A stretch of DNA of 64,000 bases from an uncultured Kiritimatiellota bacterium (GCA_944389945.1 CALXOF010000010.1:3219-67218); one strand, 5' to 3'; shown: positions 8,877 through 19,379, counted from the stretch's first letter. Notes: generated by a model not told the origin, from the letters alone. Numbers and translations: made by a program.

Positions 8877-9721
8877 TGAACCGGACCTCGCCCAGCGACG
8901 TACGGGCCTGGTGTCAAGCCCGCGGATTCCACCCCAATAAGACGTTGGGGCAAAACTTCCTTATCGACCGCAACATTTTGGAGGCCATCGTGGCCGAAAC
9001 GGGAGCGGGCGAGGGGAGCCGTGTGCTAGAGGTGGGTCCCGGTCTGGGCGTGTTGACGGAGGGGCTATTGCGCCGTGGGGCACGCGTGACCGCGGTGGAG
9101 AAAGACCCCGCCTTGGCGGCCTGGCTCCGCGAAAGTCTCTGCAAGGAATTCCCGGATACGCTGGAATTGCACGAGGGGGATGCTTTAGAGGCGGATTGGG
9201 GCACCCTGTTAGCGCAAGGATTCGATGCCTTTGCCTCCAATCTGCCCTATTCGGTCGGCACGCGTATCCTGATGGAGCTTTTGGGATACGACAACGCGCC
9301 GGCGCGGTTGGTGATGTTGGTGCAACGGGAGGTGGCCGACCGTCTGGCTGCGCCGCCCAATTCGCCGGACCGCGGAACGGCCTCTGTTTGGGCGCAATTG
9401 GACTATGACGTGCGCGTGGCGCGGTTGGTGAAGCCCGCATGCTTCTGGCCGCCGCCGGAAGTGACGAGCGCTGTGGTGACGATGACACGACATGGGCACT
9501 CCACGTTGGACGCGCCCGGAAAGACCTTTCTGCGGGCATTGGTCAAGCAAGTCTTCACGCAACGGCGCAAGCAACTGGGAACCGTGCTCCGCAAAGCACC
9601 GGAGCCCTTCCGTAATCTGAATCCTGAGGTTGCCGGCATCGACCCCACACGCCGCGCCGAAACCCTTTCCTTGGCCGAATGGGAGGCCCTTGCCGCCCAA
9701 CGAAAGGAACCCACGCCATGA
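8876..9721 (+). CDS. rsmA: 16S rRNA (adenine1518/1519-N6)-dimethyltransferase
   Basis: LGQNFLID and VLEVGPGLGVLT SAM motif. NLPYSVGT. The start overlaps the upstream stop (TAATG). Confidence 0.9.
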   Translation: MNRTSPSDVRAWCQARGFHPNKTLGQNFLIDRNILEAIVAETGAGEGSRVLEVGPGLGVLTEGLLRRGARVTAVEKDPALAAWLRESLCKEFPDTLELHEGDALEADWGTLLAQGFDAFASNLPYSVGTRILMELLGYDNAPARLVMLVQREVADRLAAPPNSPDRGTASVWAQLDYDVRVARLVKPACFWPPPEVTSAVVTMTRHGHSTLDAPGKTFLRALVKQVFTQRRKQLGTVLRKAPEPFRNLNPEVAGIDPTRRAETLSLAEWEALAAQRKEPTP

Positions 9722-10491
9722 TTCAAGACATCTCCGATTTGGTTACACTGTTCCCGGATGCATCCCCCACCCCGGGCGATTGTGTATTGTCGCTGAATCG
9801 AGAGGAAAAAGTGGCGCTGGCCCCTTGGACACAAGTCTCAACGGCCACAATTCCCTTGGTGCGTGTAGGGGAGCGAACCTTTTTCCTCGGCGCGACACCG
9901 GGTGTAGAATTGGGAACAACCCAACAGTTGCGGGCACTGCCGGAGCCAGGGCTTCGCTTCGGTGCCTTTTGTGCGTTGCACCTGGCCAAGTGGTTACTGA
10001 CGCATCGCCATTGCGGACGTTGCGCAGCGCCTCTGGCGCGGGCTAAGGGTTGCTTGAAGTGTCCGGAGTGCGGCTTGGAGACCTATCCTACCATCGCGCC
10101 GGCCGTCATCCTCGGGTTGACGCACCGGGGGCGTCTGCTTGTGACGCGTTATGCCGACAGGCCCTACAAAGGCCCGGCGCTGGTCGCCGGATACTGCGAG
10201 GTTGGCGAGACGGCTGAGGAGACTTGCCGCCGCGAGGCCTTGGAAGAAACCAACCTAAAGGTGACCGATGTGCGCTACTTCGCCTCGCAACCGTGGGGTC
10301 TCAGCGGGTCGCTTTTGTTGGGGTTCTTCGGTGAGGTGGAGGACCCCGCGGCATTGCGCTTGGCGGACGGCGAACTCTCCGTGGCCGAATGGCTCGCGCC
10401 CAATGAATTGCCTCCTCCGCCCGATGCCGCTGGCGCGCTCTCTCTCACCGCGGCGATGATCGAAGCCTTCGCGAAAGGAAGCGTGCGATGA
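9718..10491 (+). CDS. nudC: NADH pyrophosphatase-type Nudix hydrolase
   Basis: Zinc ribbon CGRCAAPLARAKGCLKCPECG followed by Nudix box GYCEVGETAEETCRREALEETNL. ATGA overlap with rsmA. Confidence 0.8.
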   Translation: MIQDISDLVTLFPDASPTPGDCVLSLNREEKVALAPWTQVSTATIPLVRVGERTFFLGATPGVELGTTQQLRALPEPGLRFGAFCALHLAKWLLTHRHCGRCAAPLARAKGCLKCPECGLETYPTIAPAVILGLTHRGRLLVTRYADRPYKGPALVAGYCEVGETAEETCRREALEETNLKVTDVRYFASQPWGLSGSLLLGFFGEVEDPAALRLADGELSVAEWLAPNELPPPPDAAGALSLTAAMIEAFAKGSVR

Positions 10492-11849
10492 AAGCGGAAT
10501 CCCTGGCCCATTGGTGCGGCGGCGTTTGGTCCGTCCTTCCCACCTTTCCCCTCACCCGCGTGACGCAAGACAGCCGTGCGGCCTGTTTGGGTGCGCTTTA
10601 CGTGGCACTCAAAGGCCCGAATCATGACGGACACGACTTCGTGGCGGCGGCCTTCCGTGCGGGGGCCACGGCCGCGATGGTGCGGGTCGACTGGACACCT
10701 CCGCCGGAAGTCTCGTCCTTACCGCTCTTGCGCGTGGCAGACCCCGCGGCGGCGCTCCTGGCCATCGCAAAAGGTTATCGCGCAGAGCTTAAACCCTTCG
10801 TCTGCGGCATCACGGGCAGTGCCGGTAAGACCACACTGAAGGAACTTGCCGCAGCCATGCTCTCCGGCGCCGGCTCCACCGCCGCCACGCCGGGTAACTA
10901 CAACAATGAAGTCGGCTTGCCGCTTTCCGTCCTCGCCGTTCCGGAGGACGCGCGCTTCGCCGTCATCGAGGCCGGCATCAGCCACCCTGGCGACATGGAC
11001 CCATTAGCCGATATTCTGCGTCCCAACGCCGCGGCCATCTCCTCCATCGGTCCGGCACACATCGAATTCTTCGGCACGGTCGAGGCCATTGCCGCCGAGA
11101 AGGCCAAGCTGTTGGCCGCGGTGCGTCCGAAAGGGTTCGCGGTGCTGCCGCTCGGCGTGCCCGGCGAGTCCATCCTGCGTGCGGCTTGCCGTTGTCGCGT
11201 GGTGACGACGGCGCTTGGAAATCCCGCGGCGGACTATGTTGGTGAGCCGCTTGCCAAGGGTATCGTGCGCGTCTATCACGGCGACGAGCCCGCCGTGCTT
11301 TTGGAGACCGGCCTCTGCGGGGAACACAATGCCTCGAACGCACTTGTCGCCTATGCTCTCGCCCGCGAGGCCGGGGCGACTGCCGAACAGGCATTGGCGG
11401 GGTTGGCCTCATTCAAGGCGCCGCCCATGCGTTGGGAAGCCGTTCAAGTTGGCCCTATTCATGTAATCAACGATGCCTATAACGCCAATCCCCTCTCCAT
11501 GCGCGCCGCGCTTGAGACCTTCGCGGGGATGGATGCGCCGGCGAGCAAAGTCGTCTGCGTTGGCGATATGTTGGAGTTGGGCGATGCCTCGGACGCGCAG
11601 CACCGATCTGTCGGTGAAGCCTCCGGGAATGGCCCCTGGCGTCTGCTCGCGGGTATCGGTCCCGCTTCTCGCGCATTGCTTGAAGGCGCGGTGAAGGCGG
11701 GTTACCCCGCCACACAGACCGTCTGGTTCGCCACGGTTGCGGAAGCCGCCGAGGCCTTGCCGCTTCTGTTGCGCCCCGAGGAGACACTTCTTCTCAAGGG
11801 TTCCCGCGGCATGCGATTGGAAACGTTGGTGGACGCTTTGCGTCGCTGA
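10488..11849 (+). CDS. murF: UDP-N-acetylmuramoyl-tripeptide--D-alanyl-D-alanine ligase
   Basis: GITGSAGKTTLKE P-loop, NYNNEVGLPLS, Mur ligase C-terminal region. ATGA overlap with nudC. Confidence 0.9.
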   Translation: MKAESLAHWCGGVWSVLPTFPLTRVTQDSRAACLGALYVALKGPNHDGHDFVAAAFRAGATAAMVRVDWTPPPEVSSLPLLRVADPAAALLAIAKGYRAELKPFVCGITGSAGKTTLKELAAAMLSGAGSTAATPGNYNNEVGLPLSVLAVPEDARFAVIEAGISHPGDMDPLADILRPNAAAISSIGPAHIEFFGTVEAIAAEKAKLLAAVRPKGFAVLPLGVPGESILRAACRCRVVTTALGNPAADYVGEPLAKGIVRVYHGDEPAVLLETGLCGEHNASNALVAYALAREAGATAEQALAGLASFKAPPMRWEAVQVGPIHVINDAYNANPLSMRAALETFAGMDAPASKVVCVGDMLELGDASDAQHRSVGEASGNGPWRLLAGIGPASRALLEGAVKAGYPATQTVWFATVAEAAEALPLLLRPEETLLLKGSRGMRLETLVDALRR

Positions 11850-11854
11850 GTGTC

Positions 11855-13114
11855 GTGTCCCAGACCAAACAGTTCTGGCTTAGCATCCTGCTCGTTTTCG
11901 GCGCGCAGCGTCTGGCGGATTTGCTGAACGCGTACACGGGGCTCTGGGTCATCCCTGCGAAATTACCGCAAGAGGCCTTGGGCGCGGTGATGCCGCTCAT
12001 GTCCTTCGGCGCCTTTCTTGCTCTGCCGGTGACCATCTTTGCCACGGTCTTTACCCGACAACTCTGCACTTATGCCACACTTGGCGATGGTCCCAAGGTG
12101 CGCGGGCTTCTGCGCGATGCGTTTTCCGCGACGGTGTTCACCTTTCTGGCGGCGGTGCTTATCGCGACTGTTTGCCTGCCGTGGCTTTGCGATGCTCTGC
12201 GGATCGAGGCAAGACTGGCTGGATATTGTGCCGTTGTCTGCGGATTACTTGCGGCAATCACGCCGATTTTCACGGCTGCTTTACAGGCGCTTAAAAGGTT
12301 CAAGGCCATAGCCCTTTCTGGCCTGCTTGCCGCCCCGACACGCCTACTCATCATGTTGCTCGCCTTGCCCACGCTAGGGCTTGTTGGGTACTTCATGGGG
12401 CAGATGGCCATGCTTGCCGTGACCATTGTGGTGGCCTGTCTGGCTTTGCACGCACTTCTCTTCGGCAAGGGCGGGAGCACGGCTTGGCGCGAGGATGCTC
12501 GCCGCATGGCGTGGTATGCCGCCAAAGTCACACTCGCCTCCGTAATTGCCTTTCTTCCCGCGTTTCTTTCCTCTCTTCTCATCCGCACGCGATTGCCGGA
12601 TATCGATTCCGGCGCCTTTTATCTCATCAGCCGGTTCTCCGAAATCGCCACCTATTGCGGAGGGACCGTCACATTGGTCCTCTTTCCCTTTGCCGCCGGG
12701 GCACAAGCCAAAGGAGAGTCCTCGTCGCCACTCCGTAACGGCTCCATGCTCGCCATCTTGCTTGGTGGTATTCTGCTTGCGGCGCTATTTTGGGGGCTCC
12801 TGCCTTGGTTATTCGCCCATATCCCGGGTTACACTGACTATGTGCCCTATGCGCGTCTCGCCGCATATCTGACGCTCACCACGGCTTGCAATCTCGCCGC
12901 CGCCACACACTATACGCACGCTCAGGCCCGAGACGATTTCCGTTACCTATGCTATTTCATCCCCCTCTCCCTGGCCACCATGGCCGCGCTCTGGTTCTTT
13001 GTCGATAGCTCGCTGCTACGTGTGCTTCACCTTCTTTTCGTATGTGCGCTTGCTCAGCTTGCCTGCGTTGGCGCCGACCTCATCCTCACTCAAACAAGGA
13101 CCCGTCATGACTAA
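11855..13114 (+). CDS. Polytopic membrane protein, possibly of the MOP/Wzx/MurJ-like flippase superfamily
   Basis: GTG start 5 nt after murF. About 12 hydrophobic segments across 419 aa. No diagnostic motif was recognised, so the flippase assignment rests only on context and topology. Confidence 0.5.
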   Translation: MSQTKQFWLSILLVFGAQRLADLLNAYTGLWVIPAKLPQEALGAVMPLMSFGAFLALPVTIFATVFTRQLCTYATLGDGPKVRGLLRDAFSATVFTFLAAVLIATVCLPWLCDALRIEARLAGYCAVVCGLLAAITPIFTAALQALKRFKAIALSGLLAAPTRLLIMLLALPTLGLVGYFMGQMAMLAVTIVVACLALHALLFGKGGSTAWREDARRMAWYAAKVTLASVIAFLPAFLSSLLIRTRLPDIDSGAFYLISRFSEIATYCGGTVTLVLFPFAAGAQAKGESSSPLRNGSMLAILLGGILLAALFWGLLPWLFAHIPGYTDYVPYARLAAYLTLTTACNLAAATHYTHAQARDDFRYLCYFIPLSLATMAALWFFVDSSLLRVLHLLFVCALAQLACVGADLILTQTRTRHD

Positions 13115-14477
13115 AAACGCCCTCGATGCCTGGTTCTCGGCCAATCGTGCCACCATCCTCGCCGACTATTTCACCCTCTTGCGCTTCCCTTCTATCGGCG
13201 GCGACCCCGCGCATCTGTCGGATTGTGTCGCCTGCGCCGATTGGATCTGCGCCTTCCTGCGTCCGCTCGGCTTCACCGCTGAGCTCGTCCACGGCGACGG
13301 TTCCAAACCCCCACTCGTCCTGGCCGAACGCCCCGCCGATAACTCCGGCCATACGGTCCTGCTCTATGGGCACTACGACGTCCAGCCCGTTGACCCCATC
13401 GCCCTTTGGGAGACGCAGCCTTTCGACCCCACCGAGCGCGAGGGCCGTGTCTATGCCCGCGGCGCGCAGGACGACAAGGGACAATGGTTCGCCTTGCTTC
13501 AAGGCCTCCGCGCCGCCATCGAGAGCGGTGAGAAACTCCCTGCCATTCGAATTGTCCTCGAGGGACAAGAAGAGAGTGGCAGTGGGTTCCTCGCAGAACA
13601 AGCGCTTGACCTCCGTCGCCGTCTCGCCGCGGACGTCCTGCTGGTGGCTGATACCGGGAAAGATGCCTCCGGGCGTCCGGCCATCGTCGCCGGCCTGCGC
13701 GGTGTCATCCACTTCACTGTCACCCTTCGCGGGCCGAAGTATGACCTCCACTCCGGCCAACACGGCGGTCTGGCTCCCAACCCTGCGCAAGGCATCGCCG
13801 AGCTCGTCGCCTCCCTGCACAATCCCGACGGTTCCATCGCCGTCAAGGGCTTCTGCGATGGTATTGTCAACCCCACCGAAGCCGAATTTGCCCTCGCCAC
13901 CGAGCGCGGTTTTGACGAGAACGCGTATAAAGAAGAGGTCGGAGTCTTCCCCGTCGGCGGCGAACGCGGCGTGCCCGCCATCGTCCGCAACTCCTTCCGC
14001 CCGACCGTAGAGGTCAATGGCATCCATGGCGGTTACGGCGGTCCTGGCTCCAAGACGGTCATTCCTACCCACGCCTTCGCCAAGCTCTCCTGCCGTCTGG
14101 TGCCAGACCAATCCCCGGCGCATGTCTGGGAGTGCCTCAAAGCCCACTTCGAGGAACACTGCCCCCGCGGCCTCACGGTCGAACTCACCGAAGTCACCGG
14201 TAACGAGCCGGGCTTCCGCCTCCCCATTGATTCCCCGGTTACCCGCATCGCGCAGGATGTCCTTCGCGAAATCGATCCCCGTGGCGCGGTCTTCACTTGG
14301 GAAGGTGCCTCCATTCCCATCGTTGCACGTCTGCGTGACGTCACCGGCGCCGCGCCCCTCCTCGTTGGGTTTGGCATGCAGGAGGATCGCATCCATTGCC
14401 CGAATGAATCCTTCTCCTTCGCGCAATTCCAAGATGCCTTCCGTTGGGGCGGACTTATCTTACCTGCCCTTGCCTGA
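13107..14477 (+). CDS. M20 family metallopeptidase (dipeptidase/ArgE/DapE-like)
   Basis: LLYGHYDVQP...RGAQDDKGQ...LEGQEESGS metal-ligand motifs. The ATG at 13107 overlaps the upstream stop by 8 nt (ATGACTAA). Confidence 0.8.
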   Translation: MTKNALDAWFSANRATILADYFTLLRFPSIGGDPAHLSDCVACADWICAFLRPLGFTAELVHGDGSKPPLVLAERPADNSGHTVLLYGHYDVQPVDPIALWETQPFDPTEREGRVYARGAQDDKGQWFALLQGLRAAIESGEKLPAIRIVLEGQEESGSGFLAEQALDLRRRLAADVLLVADTGKDASGRPAIVAGLRGVIHFTVTLRGPKYDLHSGQHGGLAPNPAQGIAELVASLHNPDGSIAVKGFCDGIVNPTEAEFALATERGFDENAYKEEVGVFPVGGERGVPAIVRNSFRPTVEVNGIHGGYGGPGSKTVIPTHAFAKLSCRLVPDQSPAHVWECLKAHFEEHCPRGLTVELTEVTGNEPGFRLPIDSPVTRIAQDVLREIDPRGAVFTWEGASIPIVARLRDVTGAAPLLVGFGMQEDRIHCPNESFSFAQFQDAFRWGGLILPALA

Positions 14478-14500
14478 ACGGCAGAACACGTGCCCTCATT

Positions 14501-15637
14501 ATGCGGTTGCACATCACAGACGTCGGTTACGGCGGCGCAGGCGTGGCCCGGGGCGAAGACGGCGTTGTCTTCGTTCCCGGGGCCTTCACTGGCGAGACGG
14601 TCGAGGCTGAAATCGTTTCCAAACGCAAACGGTTCACCCAAGCGCGTCTCGTCCAAGTCCTTGCCCCCTCGCCCGACCGTATCGAACCGGAGACGCCCAT
14701 CGTCCCCGGTATGACCTACGCCGCGCTCCGTTACGACGCCGAGGTCGCCCTCAAACACCATCAGCTCCGTACCCTCCTCACGCGTATCGGCAAACTCGCG
14801 GACCTGCCCCTCCTGCCGCCAGTCCCCTCTCCCCTGCGTGACCACTACCGCAACAAACTCACCCTCCACTGGGATGGCCACGCCCTGGGTTACATCGGCG
14901 AAGACAACCGCACCGTCCTCGACACGCCCCACTGCCCGCTCTCCAAACCGGAGATTAACGCTGCGCTGACCGAGCTCCGCCAAGACGCCGCGCTCCGCCG
15001 CCTTCGCCCCGGTGCCCGTGTCGTCTTCCGCCATACCGAACACGATGGTATCCGTGTTGGCCTTGGCAAGCCTCCTTCCGGGGAACTCACCGAACGCCTC
15101 GCCGGCCTCAATCTCTTCGTCGCCGCAGACGCCTTCTTCCAAGTCAACCTGTCTTGTGCAGAGTTGCTCTTGAACGATTTCCGTGAAGCCGTCCATGGCG
15201 CGACCTCCGTCTTCGACCTCTATTGCGGGTGCGGGCTCTTTGGTCTCGTCGCCGCACAGGCCGGCGCGACATGCGTTTTCGGTTTGGAGACAACCCCTTC
15301 CGCGATCTGCTCCGCCAAGCGAAACGCAGCCGCCGTCGGGCTTGATGCCGACTACCGTTGCGCCCCCGCGGAGACCCTGCCGGACGACCTCCCGCCCGCG
15401 GACCTCTGGATTGTCGACCCGCCTCGCGCCGGTCTCTCCGAGGTTGTGCGCGCACGTATTCTCCGAGACCTACCCCCGTGCCTGGCTTATGTCTCCTGCG
15501 GCCCCGACACCCTCGCCCGCGACCTCGCCGCCCTCTCCTCCGCCTACACCATTCGCTCCATCCGCCTCTTCGACTTCTTCCCACGCACACCCCATTTCGA
15601 AACTTTTACCCTCCTAGAACGAAAGGAAAAGCCATGA
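14501..15637 (+). CDS. TRAM-domain RNA (uracil-5-)-methyltransferase, TrmA/RlmD family
   Basis: N-terminal TRAM-like region (ITDVGYGGAGVARGEDGVVFVPGAFTGETVEAEIV). SAM motif FDLYCGCGLFGL, DPPRAGL, VSCGPDTLARD, FDFFPRTPHFE. Confidence 0.8.
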   Translation: MRLHITDVGYGGAGVARGEDGVVFVPGAFTGETVEAEIVSKRKRFTQARLVQVLAPSPDRIEPETPIVPGMTYAALRYDAEVALKHHQLRTLLTRIGKLADLPLLPPVPSPLRDHYRNKLTLHWDGHALGYIGEDNRTVLDTPHCPLSKPEINAALTELRQDAALRRLRPGARVVFRHTEHDGIRVGLGKPPSGELTERLAGLNLFVAADAFFQVNLSCAELLLNDFREAVHGATSVFDLYCGCGLFGLVAAQAGATCVFGLETTPSAICSAKRNAAAVGLDADYRCAPAETLPDDLPPADLWIVDPPRAGLSEVVRARILRDLPPCLAYVSCGPDTLARDLAALSSAYTIRSIRLFDFFPRTPHFETFTLLERKEKP

Positions 15638-16038
15638 AACGTACACTCTTCGCTATTGCACTATTCTCTGCCGCGCTCTGCTTCAGTGCACCGGTAGACG
15701 ATTTTCGCGCTGTCCTCACTGCCGCAAAGTCGCTCGAAGCTGAGTTGCGTTCTGCGAACAATGCGGGCCAAGCGTCGGAGTTCGATGTCTTGGATGCGAC
15801 CCTAACGCGTCTCCGCGCAGAAATCGCCCTGTCTTATGCCGTGAAAGCCGACAAATCCGCATTTACCCGCATTCGGATTGACGCCACGTCTGCCCTGCGG
15901 CGCTACGAATCGCTTATCAACGCCAAGCAAAACGCCGGCCTTCTTTCCAAGGTTGAAGCCGCACGTCTTCGCCTCCGGGTCGCGACATTCCGCTTGGAGA
16001 TCAGTGAAGCGCTTGCACCAGCATGGGACTTGAACTAA
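15634..16038 (+). CDS. Small secreted helical protein (hypothetical)
   Basis: ATGA overlap with the upstream gene. Signal peptide MKRTLFAIALFSAALCFSA. The rest is predicted helical, with heptad-like spacing. Confidence 0.55.
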   Translation: MKRTLFAIALFSAALCFSAPVDDFRAVLTAAKSLEAELRSANNAGQASEFDVLDATLTRLRAEIALSYAVKADKSAFTRIRIDATSALRRYESLINAKQNAGLLSKVEAARLRLRVATFRLEISEALAPAWDLN

Positions 16039-16040
16039 GC

Positions 16041-16069
16041 AAAAGGCCTCGGAACACGGGGCCTTTTTA
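16041..16069. terminator. Bidirectional rho-independent terminator between convergent genes
   Basis: AAAAGGCCTCG GAACA CGGGGCCTTTTT: an 8-bp stem flanked by an A-run and a T-run. Confidence 0.75.
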
Positions 16070-18250
16070 TTACTCCTGTTTCCCAAGTTGCCGACGAAGA
16101 CGTTGGGCAAGCGTAGTCTGCCTACGAATGTCGGCCTCTGCATGCAGGGCGATCCAGACAGCCTTGGGAGAACCTATAACGACGACCAACCGCTTGCCGC
16201 GCGTGATAGCCGTGTAAAGCAGATTCTTACGCAAGAGCTTGAAGTGCTGGGTATGCAACACAATCACGACGGCCGGATACTCACTCCCCTGCGACTTGTG
16301 GATGCTACAGGCGTAGGCCAACGTCAGTTCGTCCAACTCGTCTTGCTTGTACTCTACCAACTTCCCATCAAAGTCCACCAACAGCGTGGCACCGGCGGCA
16401 TCGACCGACACGATGAACCCAATATCACCGTTGTAGACATCCTTGTCGTAGTCGTTGGTGATTTGCATCACGCGGTCACGCTCGCGGAACAAGGTCGCCC
16501 CACGCACCAGCGCCGCGCCCGCCGGATTGATACTCCGCTGCAACAATTCGTTCAGTCGGTCTGTACCCAAGTCGCCGCGCCGCATGGGCGTGAGCACCTG
16601 CACATCGTGCGTTGGGTCCAGCCCAAACCGCGCGGGGATACGGCGCGTGACCATCCGCAGCAACATATCCTGCACCTTGGCAGGGTCCATCGCTTCCATA
16701 AAATAGAAGTCGCTCTCACTCCCCGGCGGCGGCGTCTCGAAGACCTCTCCCTGGTTCACACGGTGCGCGTTGCGCACAATGTAACCCGAGGCATCCTGAC
16801 GGAAGATGGTCGTCAGCCGCGCACAGGGGATGACGTCCGAGGCAATCAAATCCCCCAGCACATTACCCGCGCCGACACTCGGCAACTGGTCCGCGTCGCC
16901 CACCAATATTAATACCGCGGAATCTGGCAAGGCCTCCAGAAACTTCCGCGTGAGGGAGGCATCGAGCATCGAACACTCATCCAAGATAAAGACATCCCCC
17001 GGGATCCGGTTCTCCAGCCCATAGAGAAAGCCCCCCGTCTGGGGTTGATACTTCAGCAGGCGGTGAAGCGTCGTCGCCTTGAAGCCGGTCGACTCGTTCA
17101 TACGCTTGGCCGCACGTCCCGTCGGTGCCGCCAAGAAAAGCCGCAACTTCCGCGCCGAGAAGATTTCGCACAGCGCCCGGATGATGGTCGTCTTCCCCAC
17201 GCCGGGGCCACCCGTGACCACGCAAACCTTTTCGCTCACGGCCATGTGAAGCGCCTTCCACTGCGCCGAGGCCAACGTCAACCCCATCTTCTTCTCCGCC
17301 CACTCCACCGCATTGTTCGCCAAAATGGGCCGGAAACCCACCTTTGTGCGCATCAACGCCGCCAGGCGCACTGCAATGGACACCTCATCCGCGAAGTTGT
17401 TCGAGAGATAGACGCGATCCTCTTCAATCACCACCACCTGCCGCTCGGCATCCGCCAACAGCGCCTCCGACAACCGTTCCACCGGAATCCCCAGTGTGTC
17501 GTTTGCCGTCAGCAACAGTTCGGACTCCCGCAGATAGACATGCCCACCGTCATCCGCCGCCGTCCGCAGACAGTGCAACAACCCGGCCTCCGCCCGCAAC
17601 TCCGCGTCCGGCGCGATGCCCATACTCAACGCGATTCTGTCCGCCGTCAAAAAGCCGATACCGCGAACGTCCTCCGCCAGACGATAAGGGTTGCGCTTCA
17701 CGATGGCAATCGCGTCTGGTCCATAACGTCGCCAGATACGCGCCGCCTGCCCCGTCCCGATTCCCTGCGACTGCAAGTAAATCATCGTATCATGGCTCTG
17801 CCGTTGCTCGCTCCACGACTTCCGAATCTGCGCACACTTCTTCGATCCCAGCTTGGGCACCTCTCGCAGACGGTCCGGCCGCGTGTCTAGAATCCGCACC
17901 GTGTCACTCCCGAACCGATTGACAATCGCTTCCGCCAACTTCGGCCCAATACCTCGAATCATCCCACTAGCAAGAAAGCGCTTGATGCCCTCCGTTGAGG
18001 TCGGCGCCACGCACGTCAGCGTCTCCGCCCGAAACTGTCGGCCAAACCGCGCGTCATCAATCCACCGCCCCTCTGCCGTGATTTCCTCCCCCGGCCAAAC
18101 CGTCGCACACTTCCCCACCACTGTCAGCCGCCGTGCGTCCCCCACTTGTTCTGCCACCGGCCTAACGGACAGCACGGTGTAGCCGGTCTCCTCATTACGG
18201 AAGACCACGCTCTCCACCGTTCCAGTCACCGTCAGCGACTCTTCAGCCAT
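16070..18250 (-). CDS. recD2: RecD2-type SF1 ATP-dependent DNA helicase (RecD/TraA family)
   Basis: VVTGGPGVGKTT Walker A, ILDECSMLD, ILVGDADQLPSVGAG, YACSIHKSQGSEYPAVV. N-terminal OB/HhH region typical of RecD2. Confidence 0.85.
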   Translation of the reverse strand: MAEESLTVTGTVESVVFRNEETGYTVLSVRPVAEQVGDARRLTVVGKCATVWPGEEITAEGRWIDDARFGRQFRAETLTCVAPTSTEGIKRFLASGMIRGIGPKLAEAIVNRFGSDTVRILDTRPDRLREVPKLGSKKCAQIRKSWSEQRQSHDTMIYLQSQGIGTGQAARIWRRYGPDAIAIVKRNPYRLAEDVRGIGFLTADRIALSMGIAPDAELRAEAGLLHCLRTAADDGGHVYLRESELLLTANDTLGIPVERLSEALLADAERQVVVIEEDRVYLSNNFADEVSIAVRLAALMRTKVGFRPILANNAVEWAEKKMGLTLASAQWKALHMAVSEKVCVVTGGPGVGKTTIIRALCEIFSARKLRLFLAAPTGRAAKRMNESTGFKATTLHRLLKYQPQTGGFLYGLENRIPGDVFILDECSMLDASLTRKFLEALPDSAVLILVGDADQLPSVGAGNVLGDLIASDVIPCARLTTIFRQDASGYIVRNAHRVNQGEVFETPPPGSESDFYFMEAMDPAKVQDMLLRMVTRRIPARFGLDPTHDVQVLTPMRRGDLGTDRLNELLQRSINPAGAALVRGATLFRERDRVMQITNDYDKDVYNGDIGFIVSVDAAGATLLVDFDGKLVEYKQDELDELTLAYACSIHKSQGSEYPAVVIVLHTQHFKLLRKNLLYTAITRGKRLVVVIGSPKAVWIALHAEADIRRQTTLAQRLRRQLGKQE

Positions 18251-19379
18251 GGCGGATCAAATCCAAAAGCCGCCCAAAAGCCTCCTCCGGCAGGTCGGCC
18301 GTCAGGGAAAACCGCAACCGCGCCGTGCCCTCAGGCACCGTCGGTGGACGGATAGGCAGGACATGGAAGCCCGCCGCGCGGAAACGTTCCGCCGCCTGCG
18401 CCGCCTCCTCATTCCCTCCAATCAAGAAGGGCACAATCTGCGACTCACTCACGCACTCCCGGTTCGTCTCGCGGATGGCCTCCGCCAAACGCCGCCCCAA
18501 CTCTCGCAGACGTGCCCGCCGCGCCGCCATCCCCGGCAACGCCCGTAGCACAAAGCGTGTCCACGCCAAATTGATTGGCGGTAAAGCCGTCGTAAAGATA
18601 AAGGGCCGCATCCGGTTCACTAACGCCTCGCGCACCACCTGTCGACAAATCACGTACGCGCCCACCGAGCACAACGCCTTGCCGCACGTCCCCACCAACA
18701 AATCAATGTCTTGCAGGACGCCTTCTTCCTGTGCGCACCCCAGCCCCGTCTCGCCGAAACATCCCACGCCGTGCGCCTCATCCACATAAAGCACCACGTT
18801 CGGGAAGTCGCGCTTCAACGCCGCCAAAGCCCGCAGATCCGTCCGGTCGCCGTCCATCGAGAAGACGCTCTCCGTCATCACGAAGACCTCGTCGTAGTCC
18901 CCCGCATAACGCTCCAAAAGCTGTCGCACATGCCCCAGGTCATTGTGGCGGTAACGGAAGAACTTACAACCCGCCGCGCGAATGCCATCAATCATGCTTG
19001 CATGACTCAGTCGGTCGGCCAGAACCAACGACCGCGGACCTACCAACGCCGGCAGAATACCCGTGTTCGCATGATAGCCCGAGTCAAAGGCTAGCGCCGC
19101 CTCTGCGCCATACGCCTCCGCCAACTCCGCTTCCAGCTCCCGCGCCGCGGCCGTGTTGCCCGTCAGCAAACGCGAACTCGCCGAGCTCAGCAGACGGTCC
19201 TCCCCCTGCAACTGCGCATAAAACGCCTCCCGAAGCGCCTCATCACGCGAGAGCCCCAGATAGTCGTTGCTCGAAAGATTACAAAGCCCTTCCGGTGTCA
19301 CCGGTAGGCGACGATACGCCCCCCGTTCCCGCAACACCGCCAATTCCGAATCCAGTCTCTCATACAAATCCATACTCAC
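18243..19379 (-). CDS. bioF: 8-amino-7-oxononanoate synthase (alpha-oxoamine synthase family)
   Basis: SNDYLGLS, PLP-lysine region GTCGKAL, SVFSMDGD. The family assignment is secure. BioF versus Kbl specificity is inferred. Confidence 0.75.
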   Translation of the reverse strand: MSMDLYERLDSELAVLRERGAYRRLPVTPEGLCNLSSNDYLGLSRDEALREAFYAQLQGEDRLLSSASSRLLTGNTAAARELEAELAEAYGAEAALAFDSGYHANTGILPALVGPRSLVLADRLSHASMIDGIRAAGCKFFRYRHNDLGHVRQLLERYAGDYDEVFVMTESVFSMDGDRTDLRALAALKRDFPNVVLYVDEAHGVGCFGETGLGCAQEEGVLQDIDLLVGTCGKALCSVGAYVICRQVVREALVNRMRPFIFTTALPPINLAWTRFVLRALPGMAARRARLRELGRRLAEAIRETNRECVSESQIVPFLIGGNEEAAQAAERFRAAGFHVLPIRPPTVPEGTARLRFSLTADLPEEAFGRLLDLIRHG

